From positions 392,242 to 456,241 of the forward strand of contig CAZALK010000001.1 of assembly GCA_964486045.1 (NCBI GenBank): 64,000 bases of DNA, in the 5' to 3' direction. Below, piece by piece: positions 31,434-41,809 of this stretch; within the stretch, counting starts at the first letter, position 1; every line of letters starts with the position of its first letter. The position numbers and the translations under genes were made by a program. The notes below the pieces were generated by a model. It did not search any database, had not been told where the DNA came from, and saw only the letters and a list, made by a program, of their open reading frames with translations. The stretch is from an uncultured archaeon (GTDB taxonomy: Archaea; Asgardarchaeota; Lokiarchaeia; Sigyniarchaeales; SOKP01).

Positions 31434-31855
31434 AATTTATTCCCCTCTATACATCTCCCCACAAAGCAATTTTTACATCTATTCATTAATACATAAACTT
31501 TTTTACTTTGAATGATGTCGGAATTAGGTATGAATCTATTACCTAAAATTTCATTTATTAACTCAAGATTCTCTTCCAATTCTCATCACTCCCTTATATT
31601 TATTATATTTAGGATTTAAGATGTTCTATTTTCAATATAACAACTCAAAATTTTAATAATTTATTAGAAAATAAGATTTCGTGCATATGTATAAAAAATT
31701 AGAGAATTAGAAATTGCTGTATTCATAAATCTTTTCAGAAATCATTTTTTCAAATACAAGCTACTATACTGGTTTAAAAAATATTAAGATTACCACAAAT
31801 AATACCTAGTGTTAAGATAAGCACCTTAAATTTAATAAAAAATTAGATAAAAGAT

Positions 31856-32266
31856 TCAAATGTTTTTATATCTAGCAAGAACTTCGTCAAATCCATTGTA
31901 ATCCATGAACCCTACTTTTTTATACGCTAATTTGCCATTTTTAATGATTATAAGCGATGGAATGCTAGTAATCTTGTATTTCCACGAAATCTTTTGATCA
32001 TTACCCGTATTTACCTTTGCAAAAATATAATCATTCCGATATTTGTTATGTATTCTTTCAAATATTGGTAAAAATGCTTTGCATGGGCCGCACCATTCAG
32101 CCCAAAAGTCTAATACCATATTTACATTAGGATAATCATCTAAAAATCTGTTAATTTCTTTAAGAAATCCAAAATCTAAAATCTTTTTAGGTGCAATTTG
32201 AGTGTTTTCTAATACTTCTGACTTTAACGTCTCAAGGATATCTGTATCATTTTCAAACATAATCAT
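31856..32266 (-). CDS. trxA: Thioredoxin
   Basis: DFWAEWCGPCK, SIPSL. Confidence 0.9.
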   Translation of the reverse strand: MIMFENDTDILETLKSEVLENTQIAPKKILDFGFLKEINRFLDDYPNVNMVLDFWAEWCGPCKAFLPIFERIHNKYRNDYIFAKVNTGNDQKISWKYKITSIPSLIIIKNGKLAYKKVGFMDYNGFDEVLARYKNI

Positions 32267-32624
32267 AAAATCTCATTATGCAATTGATAATTTTCTAATA
32301 AATAATTTACAATTTGAAACAAATTTGACTTATTATATTAATATTGTAACTCTACATATAAATATGTGGGTAAATTTTCCACATAGTTCTAATGTAATAG
32401 CCATTGTGGTTATAGATTTCGAATTTGTATAAAATTGGATTAAGGATTTTATCGATAAAGACTAATCTGAAGATAAGGTGATATTATTATTGATCATTTT
32501 ATTGTTTTTCCTCAATTTTGGGTGGGACAATTTCAGTTTTCAATATACTTTCTTGTATATTTTGAAAATTTTCACCTATTGATTTTATATCAAAAAACAA
32601 AAAATAAGAGAAAAATGAATTATT

Positions 32625-32681
32625 TTATTCAGATATAATTTCAAATACCATCTTCTCAATTATGGGCTTTTTGGTGTACTT
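32625..32681 (-). pseudogene. 3' remnant of a JAB paralog
   Basis: Encodes KYTKKPIIEKMVFEIISE* versus RYTKKPVIEKMVFEIISE* in 33228-33716. Confidence 0.8.
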
Positions 32682-33227
32682 GTTTAGATGTCGTTTTTCT
32701 TAGTGTTCAAAAAATCTTCTAATTCTGTTATCATTTCTTCTGTTGAAGAAAAGCTGTTCGAAAGAACAAAGTATACATATTTATTACCCTACACTAAATA
32801 TTTTTTCTTGCAATCGCAGAAACAGAATGATAACATCCCTTTTCATATCAAAATAAATGAAGGACTAAGGGAGCTATGGTTAATAAAATATTTCCCCTTT
32901 TTCTTCTCCCACTTAATATTAACTCTAAGTGCATTAGGTAGTGAACTTATATTGATATTAGGTTTATTTAAGATGACAGTGAGTAATGACATTAGAAAAA
33001 CTTTGACTTTTCCCCCAAATTTTGAATATTTATAATCCTTCAAATTTGAGGTTTCTTTAGTTTTAAAATGAAATGTTGGTTGAGTTTGTAATAATATTTT
33101 AATTATGGAGCATTCATTAGTGCCCTTAATTTCTCTTTATATGCACAGAGCCTGAGCCTAATTTAAAGAAAAATATAAATTTTATGGTGTATTTATTCTT
33201 ACTTGAAAGACTTGAGATGGTAAAAAT

Positions 33228-33716
33228 ATGAGTATGGCAAAAGATTTTCGTTATTTAATACCTGAGAGTTTGTATCAAGAGATTACACAAAAATGCACCG
33301 ACGAATATCCTGCAATCTGTCATGGATGGATTTTTGCTGAGCGTAAAGAGAATTTCGGCATATGTAGTAAATATATTATGAATCCCGACTTACGTAAGAA
33401 TAAAGTTCATATTAAACCAAGAAGTTGGATGAGATATAAGAAATCCAAGATATATAACATGCGGAAATTCAAGCAGGAGCTCGCAGTGGACATCGTATGG
33501 CAATTCCACTCCCATCCAAGTGGAAATCCTAAACTACACGCTATAGACAAGAGGATCCTGAAATACTTGTCCAATGGCGTTATGATTATTATAATCCCAG
33601 CCGTTCCAGATAAAGAACCAGAACAGACCGCACACCTCTTAGGCTGGTACTATGACAAGCGATACACAAAAAAGCCGGTTATAGAGAAAATGGTATTTGA
33701 AATTATATCTGAATAA
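33228..33716 (+). CDS. Divergent JAB/MPN (JAMM-like) protein
   Basis: FHSHPSGNPKLHAID (HxH-x10-D), EYPAICHGWI. Confidence 0.75.
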   Translation: MSMAKDFRYLIPESLYQEITQKCTDEYPAICHGWIFAERKENFGICSKYIMNPDLRKNKVHIKPRSWMRYKKSKIYNMRKFKQELAVDIVWQFHSHPSGNPKLHAIDKRILKYLSNGVMIIIIPAVPDKEPEQTAHLLGWYYDKRYTKKPVIEKMVFEIISE

Positions 33717-33891
33717 AACACATTTTTTTAACCAAAATCTTAAGTGTATTGGGTAGTGAACTTATAAAAACTTCAAAATCAAACTAAAATCAAAATTTTT
33801 CTATTTTTTTCTATATCAAATTACAAATCAAATTACAAATCCATGGTCAACCTAAATTTTAAATAAGTATGAAATTATTTATGGTATAGCA

Positions 33892-35100
33892 ATGAAGGAA
33901 TATCGCATAAACCAGTTTCTCTCAGTGCGATTGGAGAGAGAGCCTTGGGTTGAAAAAAAGACCATGATATACGTGGCGGGACAACCGTTTATTCAGTGTA
34001 AATCCCTTCTTTTAAATATTCCTATTTCTGAAATCGCCACATTTGACGAGATAGAGTCTATTGACGAAGCTGCAGAGAAAGCGAATGTTTTCGTGGAAAA
34101 AGAAATGCAGAAAATTGAAATTACTCCCGAAGTGGAGTTCTGGGGACATTGCTCTAATTTACAAGTGTGGTATGAGAATGGGTATGATACACATCTTCTT
34201 CATTCCAATATTGCCTTTCCACTGTTGGGCAAGTTGAGTGAGGTAGGAGATCCCCTTGCCAAAAAAGTATTTCAAAAAGAGATATTTAAGCGGTATGAAG
34301 AGGGAACTGAAAAAACTCGAGAGTTTATAAGAAACGGAGGTGTTTTGAACTATTTACCAATAGAGGAGCAGATGAACTTGTTACTGGATACCGAGAATTT
34401 AATAGCTTTAATGGAAATAGCCGAAGAAGTATGGCCTGAAATCGACATTTATGAGATAGTTCAAGATCTGATAAACGAAGAAAGAGTAAAATTAGAGAAT
34501 AGGAGAGTTATAAAGTTAGATTTCTCTGGTTTAAGCTTAGAATTAGTAAAATTTCCAAAAGCAATTCTGGATCTCGAATCTCTAAGGTATTTTGTTTTTG
34601 GTGGGAATTATATTACAGAATTACCCGAAAATATTAATAAATTAAAGAATCTTAAAGAATTAGAAGTGAGTTCTAATAAACTAACCTGCTTACCAAAATC
34701 AATTTGTGAAATAACATCGCTCGAAAAATTGTGGTTAGGTGAAAATAAAATCCATAACTTACCTGAAAATATTGGAGATTTTACTAATTTAAAAACATTA
34801 GACTTAGGATTAAATCAATTAAAAGAACTTCCAGAGTCATTTTCTAAATTAATATCACTTGAAGATCTCTCTCTTTCAAGTAATAAATTGCAAGCTATAC
34901 CAAAATCATTTTGTAAACTAAAATCTCTTAAACGGCTTTCTATCTCAAGTAATATCCTAAATAAACTACCAGAATGTATAGGGGATATGCCTTTACTCGA
35001 ATATTTAGATGTTAGTAGCAATCCACTCGCAAACAACCTAGAAACTGTAGAAAAATTAAAAAAGTCTAAAATAAAAAAAATAGATGGAATTGGAAATTAA
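33892..35100 (+). CDS. Leucine-rich-repeat protein with Loki-type N-terminal domain
   Basis: About seven 23-aa LxxLxLxxNxLxxLP repeats; N-terminal FWGHCSNLQVWYENGY...AFPLL. Confidence 0.9.
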   Translation: MKEYRINQFLSVRLEREPWVEKKTMIYVAGQPFIQCKSLLLNIPISEIATFDEIESIDEAAEKANVFVEKEMQKIEITPEVEFWGHCSNLQVWYENGYDTHLLHSNIAFPLLGKLSEVGDPLAKKVFQKEIFKRYEEGTEKTREFIRNGGVLNYLPIEEQMNLLLDTENLIALMEIAEEVWPEIDIYEIVQDLINEERVKLENRRVIKLDFSGLSLELVKFPKAILDLESLRYFVFGGNYITELPENINKLKNLKELEVSSNKLTCLPKSICEITSLEKLWLGENKIHNLPENIGDFTNLKTLDLGLNQLKELPESFSKLISLEDLSLSSNKLQAIPKSFCKLKSLKRLSISSNILNKLPECIGDMPLLEYLDVSSNPLANNLETVEKLKKSKIKKIDGIGN

Positions 35101-35319
35101 ATTAACGAACTTATCGAGTTAACTCCTGAATTTTAGTCTTTAAGCCAAATCCAAGCCTAAACACCCTGACAAGGTCTAGGGCGTCATCGAGCATATAGAT
35201 TGGCCAGCAATCCTCAAAATTCCACACAGTATGGCCGTCTTTTTTATTCCATTGTGCTTGCAACGTGTTGTAGATCTGCTCACAAGCTTTGAAAAGAGCA
35301 AATTAGGCATTAGTGCAAA

Positions 35320-35439
35320 GTGTAATCTCTTGATACAAACTCTCAGGTATTAAATAACGAAAATCTTTTGCCATACTCATATTTTTACATCTCAAGTAGG
35401 AATCTATGTACCATAAAATTTATATTTTTCCTTAAATTA
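35320..35439 (-). repeat. Inverted copy of the JAB promoter and first 20 codons
   Basis: 35320-35388 is the exact reverse complement of 33220-33288; near-identical promoter blocks at 33159-33188 and 35410-35439. Confidence 0.9.
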
Positions 35440-35555
35440 CGGGAGAGCTCTTTAGATATATAGAGAAAATAAAAAAACATTTATTTTGCTAGATATAATC
35501 TATTTTTATAGATGTAAATTTTTCAACAAAATGAAAAAAAAATTATTTTAAATCA

Positions 35556-35657
35556 GCAGATGTAGCCTAGCTGGTAAGACGCTGGCCTTGAGTATCTTAT
35601 GCAATCAAGCAAGCCAGTGCGCGGAAGCGCTCGGGGGTTCGAGTCCCTCCATCTGCG
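35556..35657 (+). tRNA. tRNA-Ser(TGA) with canonical 37/38 intron (35593-35611)
   Basis: GCAGATG/CATCTGC, CTGGC/GCCAG, BHB helix CTTG/CAAG, long variable arm, G73. Confidence 0.92.
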
Positions 35658-35683
35658 TATTTGAATTAATGGTATTTTTTAAA

Positions 35684-35757
35684 GGGCTATTAGCGCAGGC
35701 AGGTAGCGCAGCAGGCTCTTAACCTGACGGTCGGGGGTTCGATTCCCTCATAGCCCG
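35684..35757 (+). tRNA. tRNA-Lys(CTT)
   Basis: GGGCTAT/ATAGCCC, GCGC D-stem, loop CTCTTAA, TTCGATT. Confidence 0.93.
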
Positions 35758-35855
35758 TATTAATTCTTTTTTATGATATATTAATAATACTTTGTTATAA
35801 CCTAATTAGATTAGTTTACGAAATAAGAAGAAGTAAAGTCTATATACTTTTAGCC

Positions 35856-36848
35856 TTAAAAATACTGGAATAATATTTCAAAATCAGAAAAATCAAATGG
35901 TTTTAATATATATCCATCTGCTCTAGTTTCAGCCATTTTCTTTTCGACTTCAGACCCGGGAATAGCTGTTAGCAAGAAGATTGGTACTTCTTTATATTTA
36001 TGATGATCTTTAATCATTTTGCAGATTTCATAGCCTGAGATATCAGGCAAAATGATGTCTAATAAGATCAATTTAGGTATGCCTCCTCTTATTTCCTCTA
36101 AACCCTTAGTACCACTCACTACCCCCTTGCATTTAAAACCCTTACTTTCAAAGTAACTTGTTAATAACCGGATAGTGGCAAGGTCATCTTCAATAAGCAA
36201 AATATCGTACTGATGTTCAACGTCTTCTGTTTTAATATTATCGAGAATAGTAATAATTTTGTTCTCAAGCAGCATAGACTGGTCGAAAATGTTCTTTATA
36301 GTTGATAGCACATCCGGTTCTAATTCTTCTTTATAATTCTCTAAGAGTAGTTGACTGAAACCTTTTATAGTTGTTAGTGGTTCCTTTAAAGCATGTGATA
36401 TATTGGAAATTGTTTTTTCATTCATCCCATGTAATCCCCCACTTAAAAAATCGGATTTTTGTTCAATATAATAATCAACACTATCTCTTATTAATGCAGA
36501 AATTGTTGAATATTCATGGGAATTCTTGAAATCTTGCCATTTTGCTTTTGTATCTTCGGATACGTAAAGGGATATTCTTTCTTTATCCCTATCATAAATT
36601 TTTTCACCTTTTAACCATTTCTTAAATCCCTCTGTTATAGAACCACGCCATATAGCGTATTTGTCTGTTCTATCTTGGTATAATACCATCAACTCTTTTA
36701 TCTTTTCGCTCTTTAAATCTATTTTAGCTATATCCTCATCTGTGAAACTTAATTTTTCTGAATCATCTTCTAAATCTTTAGAGCTTTTACTGTTAGATTT
36801 GCTTTTTTCTCCCGGAATTTCTTTTTCCTCTCTTTCTTTTTTAAACAA
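35856..36848 (-). CDS. RHH-HisKA-receiver regulator lacking HATPase
   Basis: RISLYVSEDTK...TISALIRDSV; ISHALKEPLTTIKG; LLIEDD/LLDIILP/KPF. Confidence 0.8.
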   Translation of the reverse strand: MFKKEREEKEIPGEKSKSNSKSSKDLEDDSEKLSFTDEDIAKIDLKSEKIKELMVLYQDRTDKYAIWRGSITEGFKKWLKGEKIYDRDKERISLYVSEDTKAKWQDFKNSHEYSTISALIRDSVDYYIEQKSDFLSGGLHGMNEKTISNISHALKEPLTTIKGFSQLLLENYKEELEPDVLSTIKNIFDQSMLLENKIITILDNIKTEDVEHQYDILLIEDDLATIRLLTSYFESKGFKCKGVVSGTKGLEEIRGGIPKLILLDIILPDISGYEICKMIKDHHKYKEVPIFLLTAIPGSEVEKKMAETRADGYILKPFDFSDFEILFQYF

Positions 36849-37137
36849 TAACTTTATTTATCTATTTAATATAACAAATAATTGTAATTTCAATTTTGTA
36901 TACTATTAATTAAAATTGATAACCGTAGTTGTAATTTATTCCTTTTTTTATAAAATTTATCATTCAGAAAATGGTTGTTTACAATATTTTGTATTTTCTT
37001 ATCAATTTATATATCTTACTTAAGTTAAATGATATAAATATTATTGTATTATCCCTTTAAAAAGACCAATTTATATACGTATAAAATAAGTAAAGGAGCT
37101 TTCAATTACTAATTTTTTAAAACCTAAGAATAATTGA

Positions 37138-38031
37138 TTATTTTTCTTCCTTCCTCTTGTTGTTTAAAATTTCGAAGATTACTTCAAAATCAGAAAAATT
37201 GAAAGGTTTTAAAATATAGCCATCCGCTTTAGTTTCTTCCAAATTCTTCTCTACTTCAGAACCCGCTATCGCTGTTAAGAAAAAGACAGGAATATTCTTA
37301 TATTCTTTATCAGATTTAATTGTTTTACAAATATCGTACCCACTCAAATCTGGTAAAATAATATCTAACAGTATTAGGTTTGGAATAGCATTTCCTAACT
37401 CTTCTAATCCTTTCGAACCACTAACAACTCCTTTACATTTATATCCTTTACTTTCAAAATAACTCTTAATTAGACGAATTGTTGCAAGATCATCCTCTAT
37501 CAATAAAACCTCATGCTCAGGTTCAACCTTAATGTTGTCTAAAATACTAATTATTTTATTTTCAAGAAGAACACTCTGCTCAAATATATTTTTTACAGTT
37601 TCTAGAACTTGGGAATTTAATTTTTCTCGGTAATTTTCAATAAGTAATTGCGAGTAACCTTTAATTGAAGTTAAAGGCTCTTTTAAAGTATGAGAAATGT
37701 TAGAAATTGTCTTAGGATTTAACATGGATAAATTGTGATCACCTTTAAACCCTTGACTTTCAATATATGACTCAACAGCTTCCCTTATAAGCTTCGAAAT
37801 AGTGGTGCCATCACTTTTAGTATATTCTAACCATTTAGCTTTAGTATCATCTGATACGTATAGTGAAATTCGCTCTTTTTCTCTATGATAAATTTTTTCT
37901 CCCCGTTGCCACTTTTTAAATCCTTCTGTTACGATGCCACGCCATACGGAATACCTTCCAGTTTCATCCTCATAACGATTCATTTCTTCAGTCTTCTCTA
38001 TGGAATTATTATCTATTTTTATAAAATCCAC
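37138..38031 (-). CDS. RHH-HisKA-receiver regulator (paralog)
   Basis: Same three modules; frame stays open upstream to about 38151. Confidence 0.8.
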   Translation of the reverse strand: MDFIKIDNNSIEKTEEMNRYEDETGRYSVWRGIVTEGFKKWQRGEKIYHREKERISLYVSDDTKAKWLEYTKSDGTTISKLIREAVESYIESQGFKGDHNLSMLNPKTISNISHTLKEPLTSIKGYSQLLIENYREKLNSQVLETVKNIFEQSVLLENKIISILDNIKVEPEHEVLLIEDDLATIRLIKSYFESKGYKCKGVVSGSKGLEELGNAIPNLILLDIILPDLSGYDICKTIKSDKEYKNIPVFFLTAIAGSEVEKNLEETKADGYILKPFNFSDFEVIFEILNNKRKEEK

Positions 38032-38862
38032 GTCATCTAGTTTAGTTTCAGATTTGTCTGATGATTTCTCTTGGTTCCTTTGAGGAGGAATTTTTTGACC
38101 ACTAAATGCTGTAATTAGATGTTGTTGAACACTTAATAAAAGAACTTGTATTTAATGTTTTTTTATTAGGTAATAATTACGAGATGGCAATATGAATAAT
38201 AAAAAAGTAAAGATTTTTGACTAAAATTTAGAACATCCGAGTTTTGTGGTAAAAACATCATTAAAAATAAATATAGTTATTACATTGAAGATATAAAAGT
38301 TTTTTTTATTATATTTGAATGATCAATCAAACTCAAAACAGGTACTAAGTTGACACGTGTTTTGAAATCTCAATTGACTTTTTTTGATGTTTGGAAAAAA
38401 AAAGTTATTTTATATATTTGATTTGGTTTTAATTGCTTAATTCTTGGTTCGGTATTAAAACCTTCGTGAGTAAAAAACATTTCTCTAATTTCTTCATTAT
38501 CATTTTTGATATTTATTATATCAATTTCTTTCATTAGAAAATTACGTCTTTTAAATTTCTATGCTTTAAAATTACATTCGATGTTCAATCTGTTTAAAAT
38601 TAATAATTTAATAATCTACAGATCAATTTATTGTTGATACTTATTATTTATTAATTCCATAGAGCTGTATCTAACAAATATGATTGTTGAGATTTTCTTA
38701 ATAATAATGCCCTTTCAATTATCTTTAAATATTTATTTAGGTATACAAAAAGATTTATAATTCTCAACTTTCATTAATTTATTGTAGTTATCTTTTGATT
38801 TGAGATAAATCATTGTATTACTCAAATCCTTTATGTCATGGGTTTTTTAAGAGAGATATAAG

Positions 38863-39315
38863 ATGAAAGTAAATAAGATACTGATTAAGCCTAATAAAAT
38901 TGGAATAGATTTAATTCTATGTCCTAAAACAAATCTGTATTTGCAAGACTTGTATTGCCGTAGATGTTCATATTATAAATTAGATAATGAAAAATTCGTT
39001 GAGTGCACTTTTACAGGACATAGATATGGCAAGTCTGATCCTATTAAAGATAGAATAATTCAAAATCTTTCAAGTTCATTTATCACAGAACTTCCTATTG
39101 ATAATAACTCTAATATCAACAATGTTAATATTGAAAATAGAATGAACAATTTTACAGAAAGGCTCCAAAATTCTAAATCACTTAACGCTAAAAATGAATT
39201 GAAGAAAGATCTCTCTCAATATATGAAAAAAACAAATCTCTCTACAAGATTAGAGAGGATTAAAAAAATTTCTTTAGAAACTGAGGAAGATAGTGTTGGA
39301 AGTTCCCATATCTAA
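38863..39315 (+). CDS. Hypothetical protein with Cys-rich putative Zn finger
   Basis: CPKTN...CRRC...VEC. Confidence 0.6.
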   Translation: MKVNKILIKPNKIGIDLILCPKTNLYLQDLYCRRCSYYKLDNEKFVECTFTGHRYGKSDPIKDRIIQNLSSSFITELPIDNNSNINNVNIENRMNNFTERLQNSKSLNAKNELKKDLSQYMKKTNLSTRLERIKKISLETEEDSVGSSHI

Positions 39316-39884
39316 ATCCTTAATTCTAAATATTTCTAAATGCATTTCTTACTTTTTACACAAATAAATATTGCAAGCTTTTTTTACCACAAATAGTAAT
39401 TTATCCAAAAGTGCTGAAAAAAGGTATAACAAGTCTTTTTACCAAAATATAACTTTAAAAATATAAAAAGTTCTTAACAATTTAGTGTTACAAAAATGTC
39501 TTTGCCCCTTTTTTAACCCGAAAGCCCGACGAATTTCATTCTTCCAGTGAGTTTTTACCAAAAAGATATAACATATACTTAATATGATGTTATTTCAATA
39601 TTAACTCAATAATGCTTTTTTACATTGTTAATTCTATAAATATTACAACAAAAAAATTTTACCTAGACAAATTGTTATACAAAAGATGATTCATATATAA
39701 AGGAATTTTTATAACGAAAACATTTATATATGAAATAGTGATCTATTATTATAACCAAAAAAAATTTGAATACCAAATTTCTATTGGTGTACAAAAAAAG
39801 GATTTTTTGGTAGTGTGTGAAAAAATAACGATTATTAACATAAAAAAAAATTTAAACATAAGATTTGGGAAAAGGTAAAGAAAC

Positions 39885-40775
39885 ATGGTCGTAGAAATAA
39901 TTCCACAGACAAGTTTTTGTCCTGAGTGTGGCGGGGGTACTATATCTATCCACCAAAGAGGGGAGACAGTTTGCCAACAATGTGGTTTGGTTGTAGGTGA
40001 GAAAGAAGTAGACATTTCTCATAGTGGCATAAGAGCCTATTCAAAGCAGGAGAAGGATAAAAAAGAACGGACAGGCTGCCCTATATCTATTTTAATGCCA
40101 GATATTGGGTTGAGCACTATAATTGATAGAACTAAAATTAAAAATCCAGATTTGAGGAGAGCAGCTAAATGGAACACGCACTTATCATGGGAAAAGAGGA
40201 ATATGCTTATAGCCATAACTGAATTGAAGAGAATTGGCGGCAATTTAAATTTTCCTGAGCGTGTGAAGAAGGCAGCAGTTCGTCTTTACAAAGAAGTATT
40301 TAAAAAGAATCTATTAAGGGGTCGGTCTATAAACGGGATGATCGCGGCGTGTGCGTATTATGTATGCAAGAAAGAGCGAGTTCCAATAACCCTTCAGGAG
40401 ATATTAGGTGAGGCATCGATTAATGATAACATAGTGAAGAAATGCTATAAAATTTTAGTACGAGAGCTGAACTTGAAATCTCCGCATATCGATCCAGTTG
40501 CGCTAATTCCGAGGTATTGTGCTGATTTAGGGCTAGATATCCATGTAGAGAAGGAAGCAGTTAAAGTATTAAAGAATTTTATTGCGACAACTTCTATTTG
40601 CGGAAAAGATCCAAAAGGGTTGTGCGCAGGGTCTATTTATTTAGTCGCAAAGCTAAAAAACAAAAAAGTAAGTCAAAAGGATATTTCAAGAGTTATCGGA
40701 GTCACTGAAGTAACTCTTCGTTCAAGATATAAGGAATTTTTACAACATATTAGTTTCAATTTTAATACAAACTAA
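39885..40775 (+). CDS. tfb: Transcription initiation factor B
   Basis: CPECGG/CQQCG Zn ribbon, RGRS, GKDPKG, VTEVTLRSRYKE. Confidence 0.96.
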   Translation: MVVEIIPQTSFCPECGGGTISIHQRGETVCQQCGLVVGEKEVDISHSGIRAYSKQEKDKKERTGCPISILMPDIGLSTIIDRTKIKNPDLRRAAKWNTHLSWEKRNMLIAITELKRIGGNLNFPERVKKAAVRLYKEVFKKNLLRGRSINGMIAACAYYVCKKERVPITLQEILGEASINDNIVKKCYKILVRELNLKSPHIDPVALIPRYCADLGLDIHVEKEAVKVLKNFIATTSICGKDPKGLCAGSIYLVAKLKNKKVSQKDISRVIGVTEVTLRSRYKEFLQHISFNFNTN

Positions 40776-40955
40776 TTATTTTATTTTTCTTTTTTATAGG
40801 GTATAGGGTAAGGTTGAAGGTTAGATTTCCGAACTTAAATGAAATTGTTTAAGTTTTATTGAACCTTGAATGTTTTGTTACTTGTTTTGTTACTCTCGGT
40901 AAAATAAGTTATCGCTAAAAGATTGATTGAAGCGTGAGTTTTAGAGTTTTTTAGT

Positions 40956-41678
40956 TTAGTTTTGATGTCCAGTTCTTCTCGCTGCTATTTGTCCAACCTT
41001 TCTACCTGGGGGAGCATTACGGGATGTCGTTGTTGATTTATGTGGTGACTGTTTTGCTCCACCGCCATAAGGATGAGATACTGCATTCATAGCTACACCC
41101 CTCACCACAGGCCACTTCTTTGCTTTTGATTTTTTGTAATGAAATTTATTTCCAGCTTTAAGGAAAGGTTTGTCTGTACGACCTCCACCAGCAACTACAC
41201 CAACAGTAGCTAAGCATTTTTCATGTATCCATTTAGTTCTCTTCGAACGAAATAAGAGCTCCACTTTATTTCCGGATTTATTTCTCACAATTGCCGCAAC
41301 TCCAGACGCTCGTGCGAATTTTCCGCCGTCCTGAGGAGAAGACTCAATATTAAAAACTAAGGTTCCAAGTGGTATTTCTTTTAGTGGTAAGACATTTCCA
41401 ACTTTAATTTCAGTTTCGGAAATAGTTTGGATAAATTCATCCCCTTCAAAAATTCCTTCAGGTGGAAGCCATAATGATTTTTTACCATCTTTGTATTTAA
41501 TTAAAGCAACTGGGGTACCTCTTCCGGGAGAGTGTAAAAGTTCAATTACCTTAAATCGAAATTCATTTTGTCCTTCTAAAAATGGGCGATATTTTACAGC
41601 ACCTATATGACGATGTGAAGGAGATCGAAATGGTAAACTTCCTCGACCTTTTCGCTGAGCAAGTATTCGTTTTCCCAT
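40956..41678 (-). CDS. rpl2: Ribosomal protein uL2
   Basis: MGKRILAQRKG, RGVAMNAVSHPYGGG, PPGRKVG. Confidence 0.97.
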   Translation of the reverse strand: MGKRILAQRKGRGSLPFRSPSHRHIGAVKYRPFLEGQNEFRFKVIELLHSPGRGTPVALIKYKDGKKSLWLPPEGIFEGDEFIQTISETEIKVGNVLPLKEIPLGTLVFNIESSPQDGGKFARASGVAAIVRNKSGNKVELLFRSKRTKWIHEKCLATVGVVAGGGRTDKPFLKAGNKFHYKKSKAKKWPVVRGVAMNAVSHPYGGGAKQSPHKSTTTSRNAPPGRKVGQIAARRTGHQN

Positions 41679-41809
41679 AAAACTACACAATATTTTGTTG
41701 ATGTGAATTTAAATTATTTCAACTATAAATTTTTTATCATTTTTGGGAAGATTTGATGTATAGTACATGATTTTAAGTTTTCTTGCTATTTCCTTAAGGA
41801 AAAAAGATT

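Noticed and set aside
32688-33043. ORFs 32688-33035 (+) and 32843-33043 (-)
   Set aside because: Look like a decayed, frameshifted minus-strand remnant and its shadow; no function supportable
35556-35657. Possible selenocysteine or suppressor tRNA
   Set aside because: Anticodon TGA reads UCA (Ser); Sec needs TCA and an extended acceptor stem
39320-39880. Long intergenic region with TTTTTACCA repeats as a chromosomal origin
   Set aside because: No convincing ORB/G-string and no cdc6; more simply TFB upstream regulatory DNA
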